Of a stretch of DNA of 59,665 nt, positions 51,571-59,665 are shown in pieces. The notes beneath the pieces were generated by a model. It did not search any database. It was not told where the DNA came from and saw only the letters and a program-made list of their open reading frames with translations. Each line of letters opens with the position of its first letter. The first letter of the stretch is position 1. The stretch is from an uncultured Klebsiella sp. (GTDB taxonomy: Bacteria > Cyanobacteriota > Cyanobacteriia > PCC-6307 > Cyanobiaceae), in contig CAZJIF010000001.1 of assembly GCA_964546045.1 (NCBI GenBank), positions 1 to 59,665 on the forward strand, given 5' to 3'. A program made the translations under genes and the position numbers.

Positions 51571-54500
51571 CCGCCGCCCCCCGGGGTCTCGATTCGGATG
51601 CCATCGCCGGGCTGCAGCTCCAGTGAGCAGCAGCCCGGTACGACCTGTGCGCTGCCGTCACGATGCAGCAACAGATTGCGACCGCATTGACCGGGCTGAC
51701 CGCCCGCCAGTCCAAGCGGGGGCACCAGCCTGGAACCACTGATCAGCGACACCTGCACCGGTTCAAGAAATCGGAGCTGGCGCACCACACCGTCGCCGCC
51801 TGACCAACGGCCCACGCCCCCCGAACCGCACCGGACGGCGAAACGTTCGAGCCGCACCGGCAACCTGTCTTCGAGCACCTCGGGATCGGTGAGCCGGGAG
51901 TTGGTCATGTGGGTCTGAACGGCCGCGCAACCGCTGAATCCGGGCCCCGCCCCGGCGCCACCGCCGATCGTCTCGTAGTACTGGACCCGGTGATTGCCAA
52001 AGGTCAGGTTGTTCATCGTGCCCTGGGACCCTGCCATCGCCCCCAGAGCCGCCAACAGGGCGTTGGCCAGGGCCTGGGAGATCTCGACGTTGCCGGCGAC
52101 AACCGCGGCCGGTGGATTGGGGTTGAGCAGTGAGCCGGGCGGCACCACCAGTTCGATCGGCTCAAAACAGCCGGCATTGAGCGGAATCGCCTCGCCCACC
52201 AGGGTGCGCAACACATAGAGCACCACCGCCCGGGTCACCGCCAGCGGGGCGTTGAGGTTGCCGGAATGCTGGGCCGAGGTGCCCGAGCAATCGATCCGCA
52301 GGCGCTGCTGGAGGCGGTCGATCTGGACGGCAACGGCGATGCATCCACCGTGATCGAGGGCAACGGTGCACGCTCCGTCCTGCAGACGGGCGATCAGCCG
52401 TCGCACGGCCGCGGCGGCGTTGCTCTGGACATGCCCCATGTAGGCGAGCACCTCGTCCAGGCCATGGCGTTCGGTCAGTTCGGCCAGGGCCAGGACGCCG
52501 CGGCGGTTGGCCGCCACCTGGGCCTGCAGATCGGCCAGCAGCAGATCGGGGTTGCGCACCGGATGGGGGCCAGCGGCAAAGCGTTGCCTCCACCACGGCT
52601 CGTCGAGGGCGCCACGGTCCAGAAAGAACAGGTTGTCGAGCAGCAACCCTTCGTCGTCGATGCTGCGGCTGTCAGCCGGCATCGAACCCGGGGTGATCCC
52701 GCCCACATCGGCATGATGACCGCGGCAGGCCACAAACAGCGCAGGCTGATTGCCAAGGCCTGCCCCAGGGGCAAACACCGGCGTGATTGCCGTGATGTCC
52801 GGCAGGTGGGTGCCGCCGTTGTAGGGGTTGTTGGCGAGCACCACATCGCCATCGACCAGGGGGCGGCGCGCACCGCTGGCCACCGCCGCCAGCAGGCTGG
52901 TCACGCTCTCGCCCATCGATCCCAGGTGCACGGGAATGTGGGGTGCATTGGCCACCAGGCGCCCCCCGCCATCAAACAGGGCACAGGAGTAGTCGAGCCG
53001 TTCGCGCATGTTGAGCGAGCGGGCGCTCTGCTGCAGTTGCTGGCCCATCTGCACGGCGATCGCCGCAAAGCGGTGGTGATACAGCTCCAGCAGCACCGGA
53101 TCCACCGCGTCAGCCGCCTGGCGTTGCTGCCAGTCCGGGACGCCCGCCCGCCGCGGGGCCGGCGTGGCCTCGAGCAACAGGGCACCATCGGCCAGGGTCT
53201 GCAGCTGCCAGCCGGCCTCGAGCACCAGGGTGGTGGTGGCATCAAGCACCAGCGCCGGCCCCTGCAGCCGCTGACCACAGTCAAGATCGGCGCGCCAGCA
53301 CAACGGCACGGGTTGCCAGGCGCCGCCCGTCCACAGCGGCGTGGTGACGGGCAGCAGGGGCGGTGCCGGCTCCCGCCGCACACCCGCTGGCTGTTGCTCA
53401 ACCGCCTGCAGCTCGAGCAGCAGCCGCTCGACCACCAGCGGGCCGGCGGCAGGCCGGTAGCCATAGCGCTGCTGATGACACACGGCATAGGCCTCGGCCA
53501 GGGACGCGGCCATGGCCTGGCGATCCGCCTCGAGGAGCCATGGCAGCTCGAGGCCCCGTTCCTGGGCAGGCTGGCGCAGCTCCAGACGCACCTGCAGCCG
53601 TGGTGGCCCGGCGGTGTCGGGCACCACCTGGGCGAGCTGGGCGCTGCCCTGAGCCTGCAGCTCACCAACCAGGTCGTGCAAGCCCGCCAACGTCTGCGGA
53701 TTCAGGGGCAACGCCACCACCCGCTCCAGCAACAGGGACTGGGGTGAGCGGCCGATGCCATAGGCCGACAGCACCCCCGCCAGCGGATGGACCAGCACCC
53801 GCTGGATGCCCAGTTCGGCCGCCAGACGGCAGGCGTGCTGGGCTGCCGCGCCGCCATAACTGACCAACACGGCTGCCCGGGGGTCGTGGCCCTGCTCGAG
53901 CGAGATGCGGCGGATCGCCGCCGCCATGGTCTCCACCGCGATCCGCAGGGCGCCGTCGGCCAGCTCTTCGACGCTGACCGCCACCCCGGCCCTGGCCATG
54001 GCCGCCTGCAACACGGCAAAGCCCTGCTGCACGGCATTGCGGTCGAGCGGCTGATCGCCGTTGGCACCGAACAGCGGCGGCAAGGCCTCGGCCGGCAGCC
54101 GCCCCAACAGCACATTGGCGTCGGTGATGGTCAACGGTCCGCCGCGGCGGTAGGCCGCCGGCCCGGGGTCCGCCCCGGCCGAAGCCGGACCCACCTGCAG
54201 CCGCCCGTCGTCAAAGCGCAGGATCGAGCCGCCGCCGGCCGCCACCGTGTGGATCGGCAACATTGGCGCCTGCAGCTGCAGCCCGGCGATAGCGGTCTCC
54301 GGACTGCGCTGCCAGTGCAGCACGCCATCCCTGCAGCCGGCATGAAAGACATCGGTCGACGTGCCGCCCATGTCAAACCCCACCACCGGCTGCAGCGGCA
54401 GACCGGCGTGCTGCAACGCCTCATGGGCCACAGCGATCGCCCCCACCATGCCGCCGGCAGGACCCGAAAGAACCGTGTCCTTGGCCTGCAGCCAGGGCCG

Positions 54501-55253
54501 CGGCGCCAGGGCGCCGCTGGAACGCATGATCCGCAGTGGCACGCCATCTCCAAGGGCCTGCTCCACCTGATCGAGGTACCGCCCCAGCACCGGCGCCACC
54601 GCCGCCTCCACCAGGGCGGTGTGGCCGCGGGGCACGAGCCGCGGCAGGGCACTCAAGCGATGGGAGAGGGTGATCGTGTCCGGCGCCAGCGGCGCCAGCC
54701 AATCGGCCAGCTGCAGCTCATGGTCGGGGTTGCGGGTGCTGTGCAGCAGCGCAATGGCAACGCTGCGGTAGCCGTCGGCCAATGCATCGCCAATGCTCTG
54801 GCGCAGCTGCTGATCGAGCACCAGGGGTTCGAGCTCGACACCGTCAGCAGCCAATCGGCCGCCGACCTCGACCACCCGCATCGCCAGCGGATCGGGCCGG
54901 CGCACGGCCAGGGCGAACAGGTCGGGCCGGTGCAGATCGCCGATCCGCAGCAGATCCCCCAACCCGCGGTTGATCAACAGCAGCACCGGCGTGCCGGCCC
55001 CCTCGAGCAGGGCGTTGGTGGCCACGGTGGTCCCCAGGCGTAGATCGGCGACCCGGTCTGACGGCCCCAGCAGCTCGGTGATGGCCTGCACCGCCGGGTC
55101 GCCGGAGATGCCGGGTTGCACCGACAGCACCTTGCGCACCAGGATCTGACCCCGGGGATCCAAGGCCACCACATCGGTGAACGTGCCGCCGCGGTCGATC
55201 CAGATGTGCCAGCCAGCCGCTTGGGCTACAGGGGATTCAGCGGAAGTTCTCAA
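51549..55253 (-). CDS. 5-oxoprolinase / fused hydantoinase A-hydantoinase B family protein
   Basis: 1234 aa. N-terminus WIDRGGTFTD (hydantoinase A). The C-terminal half has hydantoinase B features (NNPYNGGTHLPD, GGGAGAGPG). Confidence 0.9.
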   Translation of the reverse strand: MRTSAESPVAQAAGWHIWIDRGGTFTDVVALDPRGQILVRKVLSVQPGISGDPAVQAITELLGPSDRVADLRLGTTVATNALLEGAGTPVLLLINRGLGDLLRIGDLHRPDLFALAVRRPDPLAMRVVEVGGRLAADGVELEPLVLDQQLRQSIGDALADGYRSVAIALLHSTRNPDHELQLADWLAPLAPDTITLSHRLSALPRLVPRGHTALVEAAVAPVLGRYLDQVEQALGDGVPLRIMRSSGALAPRPWLQAKDTVLSGPAGGMVGAIAVAHEALQHAGLPLQPVVGFDMGGTSTDVFHAGCRDGVLHWQRSPETAIAGLQLQAPMLPIHTVAAGGGSILRFDDGRLQVGPASAGADPGPAAYRRGGPLTITDANVLLGRLPAEALPPLFGANGDQPLDRNAVQQGFAVLQAAMARAGVAVSVEELADGALRIAVETMAAAIRRISLEQGHDPRAAVLVSYGGAAAQHACRLAAELGIQRVLVHPLAGVLSAYGIGRSPQSLLLERVVALPLNPQTLAGLHDLVGELQAQGSAQLAQVVPDTAGPPRLQVRLELRQPAQERGLELPWLLEADRQAMAASLAEAYAVCHQQRYGYRPAAGPLVVERLLLELQAVEQQPAGVRREPAPPLLPVTTPLWTGGAWQPVPLCWRADLDCGQRLQGPALVLDATTTLVLEAGWQLQTLADGALLLEATPAPRRAGVPDWQQRQAADAVDPVLLELYHHRFAAIAVQMGQQLQQSARSLNMRERLDYSCALFDGGGRLVANAPHIPVHLGSMGESVTSLLAAVASGARRPLVDGDVVLANNPYNGGTHLPDITAITPVFAPGAGLGNQPALFVACRGHHADVGGITPGSMPADSRSIDDEGLLLDNLFFLDRGALDEPWWRQRFAAGPHPVRNPDLLLADLQAQVAANRRGVLALAELTERHGLDEVLAYMGHVQSNAAAAVRRLIARLQDGACTVALDHGGCIAVAVQIDRLQQRLRIDCSGTSAQHSGNLNAPLAVTRAVVLYVLRTLVGEAIPLNAGCFEPIELVVPPGSLLNPNPPAAVVAGNVEISQALANALLAALGAMAGSQGTMNNLTFGNHRVQYYETIGGGAGAGPGFSGCAAVQTHMTNSRLTDPEVLEDRLPVRLERFAVRCGSGGVGRWSGGDGVVRQLRFLEPVQVSLISGSRLVPPLGLAGGQPGQCGRNLLLHRDGSAQVVPGCCSLELQPGDGIRIETPGGGGYGLAPG

Positions 55254-55728
55254 ACTGCAGCGGCACCTCGACGTCCTGGGCCTTGAGCAACTGGATCGCG
55301 GCCTGCAGATCGTCCTTGCTCTTGCCGGTGACCCGCAGGCTTTCGCCCTGGATGGCCACGGTCACCTTCTTGAGCTGATCGCGGACGGTCTTGCTCAGCT
55401 TTTTGGCCAGCTCCTGGCTGAGCCCCTTGCGCAGCTTGACCACCTGCTTGACCCGGTTGCCACCCACGGGCTCGGGGGTCTGAAAGTCGAAGATCTTGAG
55501 CGAAAGATCCCGTTTGGTGGCCTTCTGGCGCAGCACGTCTTCGACGGCCTGCAGGGTCATGTCGCTGGCGGTGGTGATCACCAGCGCCGCCTCCTCGAGG
55601 TCGATCGTGGTGGCCGAATCCTTGAGGTCATAGCGCTGGGCGACCTCGCGCCGCACCTGGTCAACAGCGTTGACCAGCTCCTGACGGTCAAAATCACTGA
55701 CGCAGTCAAAGCTGAACGTGTCGGCCAT
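55237..55728 (-). CDS. yajQ: YajQ-family nucleotide-binding protein
   Basis: ATG 55728 gives MADTFSFDCVSDFDRQELVNAVDQ..REV..RYDLK, the typical YajQ N-terminus. 163 aa. Confidence 0.85.
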   Translation of the reverse strand: MADTFSFDCVSDFDRQELVNAVDQVRREVAQRYDLKDSATTIDLEEAALVITTASDMTLQAVEDVLRQKATKRDLSLKIFDFQTPEPVGGNRVKQVVKLRKGLSQELAKKLSKTVRDQLKKVTVAIQGESLRVTGKSKDDLQAAIQLLKAQDVEVPLQFENFR

Positions 55729-55792
55729 GGGACTCGCAGGGGGACGCCGGTGACGCCAGCGTAGAAAAGAGTCCTGCTCCAAGCTTCAAGCC

Positions 55793-56215
55793 ATGACCAA
55801 CCACCCCGATCCCCTGATTGCCTGGGCCCTGCTGGCCGCCGCCGGGGTCGTGGTGGCAAGCCTGGTGCCCCTGGGTGCGGCCCGCTCCCAGGCCGATTTC
55901 ACCGTGGCCGACCTGGGGGCGCCCCGGGCGATGTTCGAGCGGCTGCCGGCCTGGGGCAAGCGCGCCACATGGGCCCACCAGAACAGTTTTGAGGCCTTCA
56001 CCCTGTTTGCACCCGCCTGCCTGCTGGCCCTGGTCAGCGGGGTGCACGGCACCCTGCCGACAGGCCTGGCCCTGGCCTGGCCGGCGTTGCGCCTGGTCTA
56101 CATCGGTGCGTACGTGGCCAACCAACCACCGCTGCGCAGCCTCTGCTGGGCCGGGGCCATGGTCTGCACCGGCGTCCTGTACGTCGAAGGGCTGCGGGCG
56201 GTGCTGGGCGGCTGA
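55793..56215 (+). CDS. MAPEG-family membrane protein
   Basis: 140 aa with 3-4 TM helices. Contains the RATWAHQNSFEAFTLFA (R..AH.N..E) motif. Confidence 0.65.
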   Translation: MTNHPDPLIAWALLAAAGVVVASLVPLGAARSQADFTVADLGAPRAMFERLPAWGKRATWAHQNSFEAFTLFAPACLLALVSGVHGTLPTGLALAWPALRLVYIGAYVANQPPLRSLCWAGAMVCTGVLYVEGLRAVLGG

Positions 56216-56218
56216 CGC

Positions 56219-56734
56219 TCAGTCGAAGAACATCAAGCTCACCACCTTGCCCATGTCCTCGGCAACGCGCACGCTGGCCAGCAGCGTCTCGCTGTCGTGG
56301 AAGGCGTAACAGATGAGCTGGTCGCAGCGGCTGATGATGTCCTGGTTGCAGAGGCTGCTGGCCATCGGCAGGGGCAGCTCGTCGTGCTCCGGCTTCTCCA
56401 CCAGATGCAGCACCCGTTCGAGCTGCTCACGGGATTCGCCGGGCTGCCGCTCGAGGCTCTGGGGCAACAGCACCGTGAGGCGAGACGGGTCGATCTCGAG
56501 CACGCTGCGGATCACCGCCGCATTGACCCCCTGGGCCCCGGAGGTGATCAGGTTGTGACCCTCCTGGGCCAGGGAGCGGGCGACAAGCTCAACCAGATGG
56601 ACTGAAACCACAGGAACGTGGCGACTGCCAAGGATGGCGATGCGCCGTTTGCCCCTGTCCTGGAGCAAAGCCAGCTCCTGGGCCAGGGTATCGACACGAT
56701 CCAGCGCCGGGAGATCGAGAGACCGGGCCACCAC
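56219..56734 (-). CDS. DprA-like (DNA recombination-mediator protein A / SLOG fold) small protein
   Basis: GTG start. RIAILGSRHVP......LVELVARSLAQEGHNLITSGAQGVNAAV resembles the DprA Rossmann core. Confidence 0.5.
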   Translation of the reverse strand: MVARSLDLPALDRVDTLAQELALLQDRGKRRIAILGSRHVPVVSVHLVELVARSLAQEGHNLITSGAQGVNAAVIRSVLEIDPSRLTVLLPQSLERQPGESREQLERVLHLVEKPEHDELPLPMASSLCNQDIISRCDQLICYAFHDSETLLASVRVAEDMGKVVSLMFFD

Positions 56735-56786
56735 CAGCGCGCAACCTGCCCGTTGAAACTAGCAGCGCTGCCCGAGACCACGAAGG

Positions 56787-57896
56787 TCAGGCGGGACGTG
56801 GAACCTGGAGACGGGTGAACAGGGGGCCGAAGTCGCAATGCTCATCCACCAGGCGGATCGCGTAGGTGGCCTTGACCCCTTCGTGCAAGCGCACATGACC
56901 AAAGGCCTGTTCGATCACCTCAACGGTGGTCAGGGTGTCGTGCTCAACCTTGAGCAAGGGCACCTCCAGCTCTTCGGCCCGGTTGATCAACTGGGGCAGG
57001 GGCTCGCCCACCCCCGTGAGGATCAGGCACTGGGTGGAGGCCTCGAGGGCCGCCAGCTGGATGTCGGTGCGGTCGGCTCCGGTGACCACAGCCATGTTGC
57101 GGCGGCGACGGAAGAACTCCATCGCTGCGTTGACGTTCATCGCGCCGATCGACAGGGTCTCGACCAACAGATCGAGCCGGTCGCGGCAGCACAGCACCCG
57201 GGCCTCCAGCCGGGTTACCAGCTCCTCAACGGTGACACTGCGCAGCAGCGGGCTGCGGGGCAGCACGCCGAACACCGGGATGCCCAGCCGGGCCAGCGCC
57301 GGGCACACCTGATCGCGGATTGTTTCGACGGCCTCGGGAGCGACGGCGTTGAGCACCACCCCGGTCAGCAGGTCTCCCAACTGGGCCTTGGCCTCGAGCA
57401 GCGGTTCCGCGCTGCGGGCGTCGTTCCAGGCATGCACCAGCAGCACGGGAGCCTGCAGCCCCCGGGCCAGCTGCACCAGCCCGAGCCCGTACAACTGGCC
57501 TTCACTGAGGGTGCCGGCCGCCTCCAGCAACACCAGGGCCTGGGGGTCCAGGGCCTGCAGCTGAAGCCGCACAGCCTGGCAGGCGTGTTCGGCGGCGACA
57601 CCGCTATCACCCTGCAGCAGCCGCTGCAGGGCCGTGGCGGCATCCAGCTGGACCAGCGATGGCAGCAACCGCTCGGGGGGCAGGTGCAGGATCGAGCCGA
57701 TGAACTGGACGTCATCGTCAAGCCGCGCCCCAGCCTGGTCGGCGACGGTTTCTACGCTGGTGGCCAAGGGCTTGCCGACATGCACCAGGGCGTCGGCTGC
57801 TTGCAGCTGACGCAGCAGACCCAGCACCACGGCTGATTTGCCGCCAAAGGCTTCGCAGGAGCCGATCAGCAGGGTGGTCGGGAGGTCTGGCTGCAT
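56787..57896 (-). CDS. Phosphotransacetylase-family protein (Pta N-terminal AAA-like plus DRTGG domains only)
   Basis: ATG 57896. TLLIGSCEAFGGKSAVVLGL (degenerate P-loop) and VVTGADRTDIQLAALEASTQCLILTG (DRTGG domain). Confidence 0.65.
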   Translation of the reverse strand: MQPDLPTTLLIGSCEAFGGKSAVVLGLLRQLQAADALVHVGKPLATSVETVADQAGARLDDDVQFIGSILHLPPERLLPSLVQLDAATALQRLLQGDSGVAAEHACQAVRLQLQALDPQALVLLEAAGTLSEGQLYGLGLVQLARGLQAPVLLVHAWNDARSAEPLLEAKAQLGDLLTGVVLNAVAPEAVETIRDQVCPALARLGIPVFGVLPRSPLLRSVTVEELVTRLEARVLCCRDRLDLLVETLSIGAMNVNAAMEFFRRRRNMAVVTGADRTDIQLAALEASTQCLILTGVGEPLPQLINRAEELEVPLLKVEHDTLTTVEVIEQAFGHVRLHEGVKATYAIRLVDEHCDFGPLFTRLQVPRPA

Positions 57897-57930
57897 CACG
57901 AATCTCCCGGACCCGCAGGGTTGCGCCAAT

Positions 57931-58317
57931 TTAGAAGGCGGGTTCCTCGCCCAGGATCAGCCAGCGCCAGAAGCTGTCAGGCAGGTCCTGGGGCTCTGGG
58001 GTGGCAGAGACCTCGACCAGCCAAGCGAGCAGCCGCTGGGTGGGGAGCATGAAGCTGTACTGCACCGCGGGCAAACGGGGGAACTGCAGCTCACAGCTGC
58101 TGGGTTCGGCGGGGGCTGCGGCTCCGCTCCAGCGCAGCTCATAGGGATGGCTGCGACCGTCGAGCAGCCGCCGCTCGCCGCTGAAGCGGCCCTGCAGCAG
58201 CATTTGCAGGGCCGGTTCCAGGTCGGCAGCCTGGGTCCCCAGATAGGGCGTGAACAGGGGAACCAGGGCGGCCGCCCTGGGCACGGCTGCAGGACTGGGA
58301 CTGGAACCGGCGTGCAC
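57931..58317 (-). CDS. Hypothetical protein (128 aa)
   Basis: ORF co-directional with the downstream Pta-like gene (34-nt gap). No recognisable motif. Confidence 0.4.
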   Translation of the reverse strand: MHAGSSPSPAAVPRAAALVPLFTPYLGTQAADLEPALQMLLQGRFSGERRLLDGRSHPYELRWSGAAAPAEPSSCELQFPRLPAVQYSFMLPTQRLLAWLVEVSATPEPQDLPDSFWRWLILGEEPAF

Positions 58318-58373
58318 CGCTCAGGTCGCGATCTGTCCCATGCTGGCGCCCCAGCTGCCTGCTGCGCCACCTG

Positions 58374-59096
58374 ATGCACCGACCCGAACTCACAGTGGCC
58401 GTGACCGGCGCCAGCGGCGCCCTGGGCAGAGCCCTGCTGCAGCGCTGGCATCGGCGTGGAGCCCGGTTGATCGCCCTGACCCACAGCCAGGCCCCCCTGC
58501 AGCTGCTGGCCGACGACGGCAGCACGATCCCGTTGCAACAGCTGTTTTGGCAGGTGGGGCAGGAGCAGGAGCTGTTGGACCAGCTGCCCGAGGTTGATGT
58601 TCTGGTGCTCAACCATGGCATCAACCTGCAGCAGCAGCGCGGCGCCGAAGCCACGGCCCGCAGCCTGGAGGTGAACGCCCTGAGCAGCTGGCGGCTGCTC
58701 GAGGGGTTTGCCGCCCGGGTGGCCGCCCGCAGCCCGTCGATGCGCGCCGGCCGGCCCCGGCCCGAGGTCTGGATCAACACCTCGGAAGCCGAGATCGAAC
58801 CCGCATTCAGCCCCCTCTACGAGATCAGCAAACGCCTGCTGGGGCAGTTGCTGAGTTTGCGCAGCCTCGACCTGTCCCAGGAGCTGCGCCTGCGCCGGCT
58901 GGTGCTGGGACCGTTTCGCTCGGCGCTCAACCCCGTGGGGCTGATGCCGGTCGGCTTTGTCGCCGATCAGGTGCTGCTGCAGGCCTCGTGGGGATGGAAC
59001 CTGATCGTGGTCACACCCAACCCACTCATCTACGTCCTGATGCCCCTGACCACCCTGGGGCGCTGGGCCTACAACCGGCTGCTGACCCGGGCCTAG
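58374..59096 (+). CDS. SDR-family NAD(P)-dependent oxidoreductase
   Basis: [14 protein letters not shown] cofactor motif, NHGIN, and catalytic YEISKRLL (YxxxK). Confidence 0.7.
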   Translation: MHRPELTVAVTGASGALGRALLQRWHRRGARLIALTHSQAPLQLLADDGSTIPLQQLFWQVGQEQELLDQLPEVDVLVLNHGINLQQQRGAEATARSLEVNALSSWRLLEGFAARVAARSPSMRAGRPRPEVWINTSEAEIEPAFSPLYEISKRLLGQLLSLRSLDLSQELRLRRLVLGPFRSALNPVGLMPVGFVADQVLLQASWGWNLIVVTPNPLIYVLMPLTTLGRWAYNRLLTRA

Positions 59097-59665
59097 AAAC
59101 TGCGGTCGGTGAGGATTTCACAACCGTCGCTGGTGACGGCGATGGTGTGCTCCCACTGGGCCGACAGGCTGCCGTCGACGGTCACCACGGTCCAGCGGTC
59201 CCGCAGGGTGCGGCAGGCCTTGCTGCCGGCGTTAAGGATCGGCTCCACGGCCAGGGTCATGCCGGGCCGCAGCTTCATGTTGGGCAACTGGGTGGTGCGG
59301 TAGTTGAACACCGAGGGCTCTTCGTGCAGGTTGCGGCCAACGCCGTGACCGGTGTAGTCCTCGACAACGGCGAAGCCATGGGCTTCAACGTGGTCCTGCA
59401 CGGCGGCGGCGATGTCGAGCAGGGTGTTGCCGGCCTTGATCCGCGCCAGGCCCTGCATCAGGGATTCCTGGGCCACCCGTGCCAGCTCGCGGGCCGGATC
59501 GGGGGTCTCGTCACCGACGCAGATCGTGATGCAGCTGTCGCCGTGGTAGCCATCGAAATAGGCACCGGTGTCGACCTTCAGCAGGTCGCCGGCTTTGATC
59601 ACGCGCTTGCTGCTGGGGATGCCATGCACCACCTCGTTGTTGATCGAGGCGCAGATGCTGGCGGG
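59093..59665 (-). CDS. map: Type I methionine aminopeptidase (N-terminus outside the window)
   Basis: The reading frame is open to the window edge ([14 protein letters not shown]...). Metal-ligand regions [28 protein letters not shown] and QWEHT. Confidence 0.9.
   Translation of the reverse strand, partial: PASICASINNEVVHGIPSSKRVIKAGDLLKVDTGAYFDGYHGDSCITICVGDETPDPARELARVAQESLMQGLARIKAGNTLLDIAAAVQDHVEAHGFAVVEDYTGHGVGRNLHEEPSVFNYRTTQLPNMKLRPGMTLAVEPILNAGSKACRTLRDRWTVVTVDGSLSAQWEHTIAVTSDGCEILTDRSF

Noticed and set aside
1-59665. CRISPR arrays, tRNA/rRNA genes, transposases, integrases and prophage genes
   Set aside because: I saw no direct-repeat/spacer periodicity. Intergenic gaps are mostly under 150 bp with no tRNA-like T-arm sequence. 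No ORF carries DDE, tyrosine-recombinase or phage structural signatures.

Overview
High-GC (about 65% by spot counts) cyanobacterial chromosome segment. The Synechococcus/Cyanobium-type assignment rests on at least 13 copies of the HIP1 octamer GCGATCGC, DevBCA and Nif11 genes, and an ARTO-type cta operon. Coding is dense on both strands, and about 60 CDS are supported. I found no rRNA, tRNA, CRISPR array, transposase or integrase. Recognisable content in order: two tandem LivJ-type binding proteins plus livHMGF; a Nif11-domain gene back-to-back with a DevBCA-type exporter; NDH-2; a translationally coupled pair of K+-channel paralogues; an OprB-type porin; a DUF1345 protein; a beta-carbonic anhydrase. 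Then comes an unusual 10-kb membrane locus (14.4-24.6 kb). After it: a Na+/H+ antiporter; glucose-1-dehydrogenase, RidA, cupin and gluconolactonase; a second Nif11 leader peptide; GlcG; a VOC protein; a Ca2+/H+ exchanger; GlgX; ClC; DoxX; a lipase; and three coupled membrane genes of unknown function. An 11.8-kb minus-strand gene chain follows (two DUF2231 genes, ctaC-ctaD-ctaE of ARTO type, GMC oxidoreductase, GH63-like glucosidase, GMC oxidoreductase, unknown). The window ends with HdeD, fused 5-oxoprolinase, YajQ, MAPEG, a DprA-like protein, a Pta-N-terminal-like protein, an SDR and map. The best candidate for an undescribed system is 14395-24648. Five ORFs there open with the same Cys-loop-less HMA-like 'PGRxRxR' module, fused to a Gly-zipper protein, two YbaN/DUF454-like tails, a non-canonical P1B-like ATPase and a catalytically dead ATPase paralogue. 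Two DUF5132-like proteins and a Walker-A-less ArsA/Get3-like protein are interleaved. All calls come from manual motif reading of the supplied ORF translations. Start codons are often uncertain, and no database search could be run.
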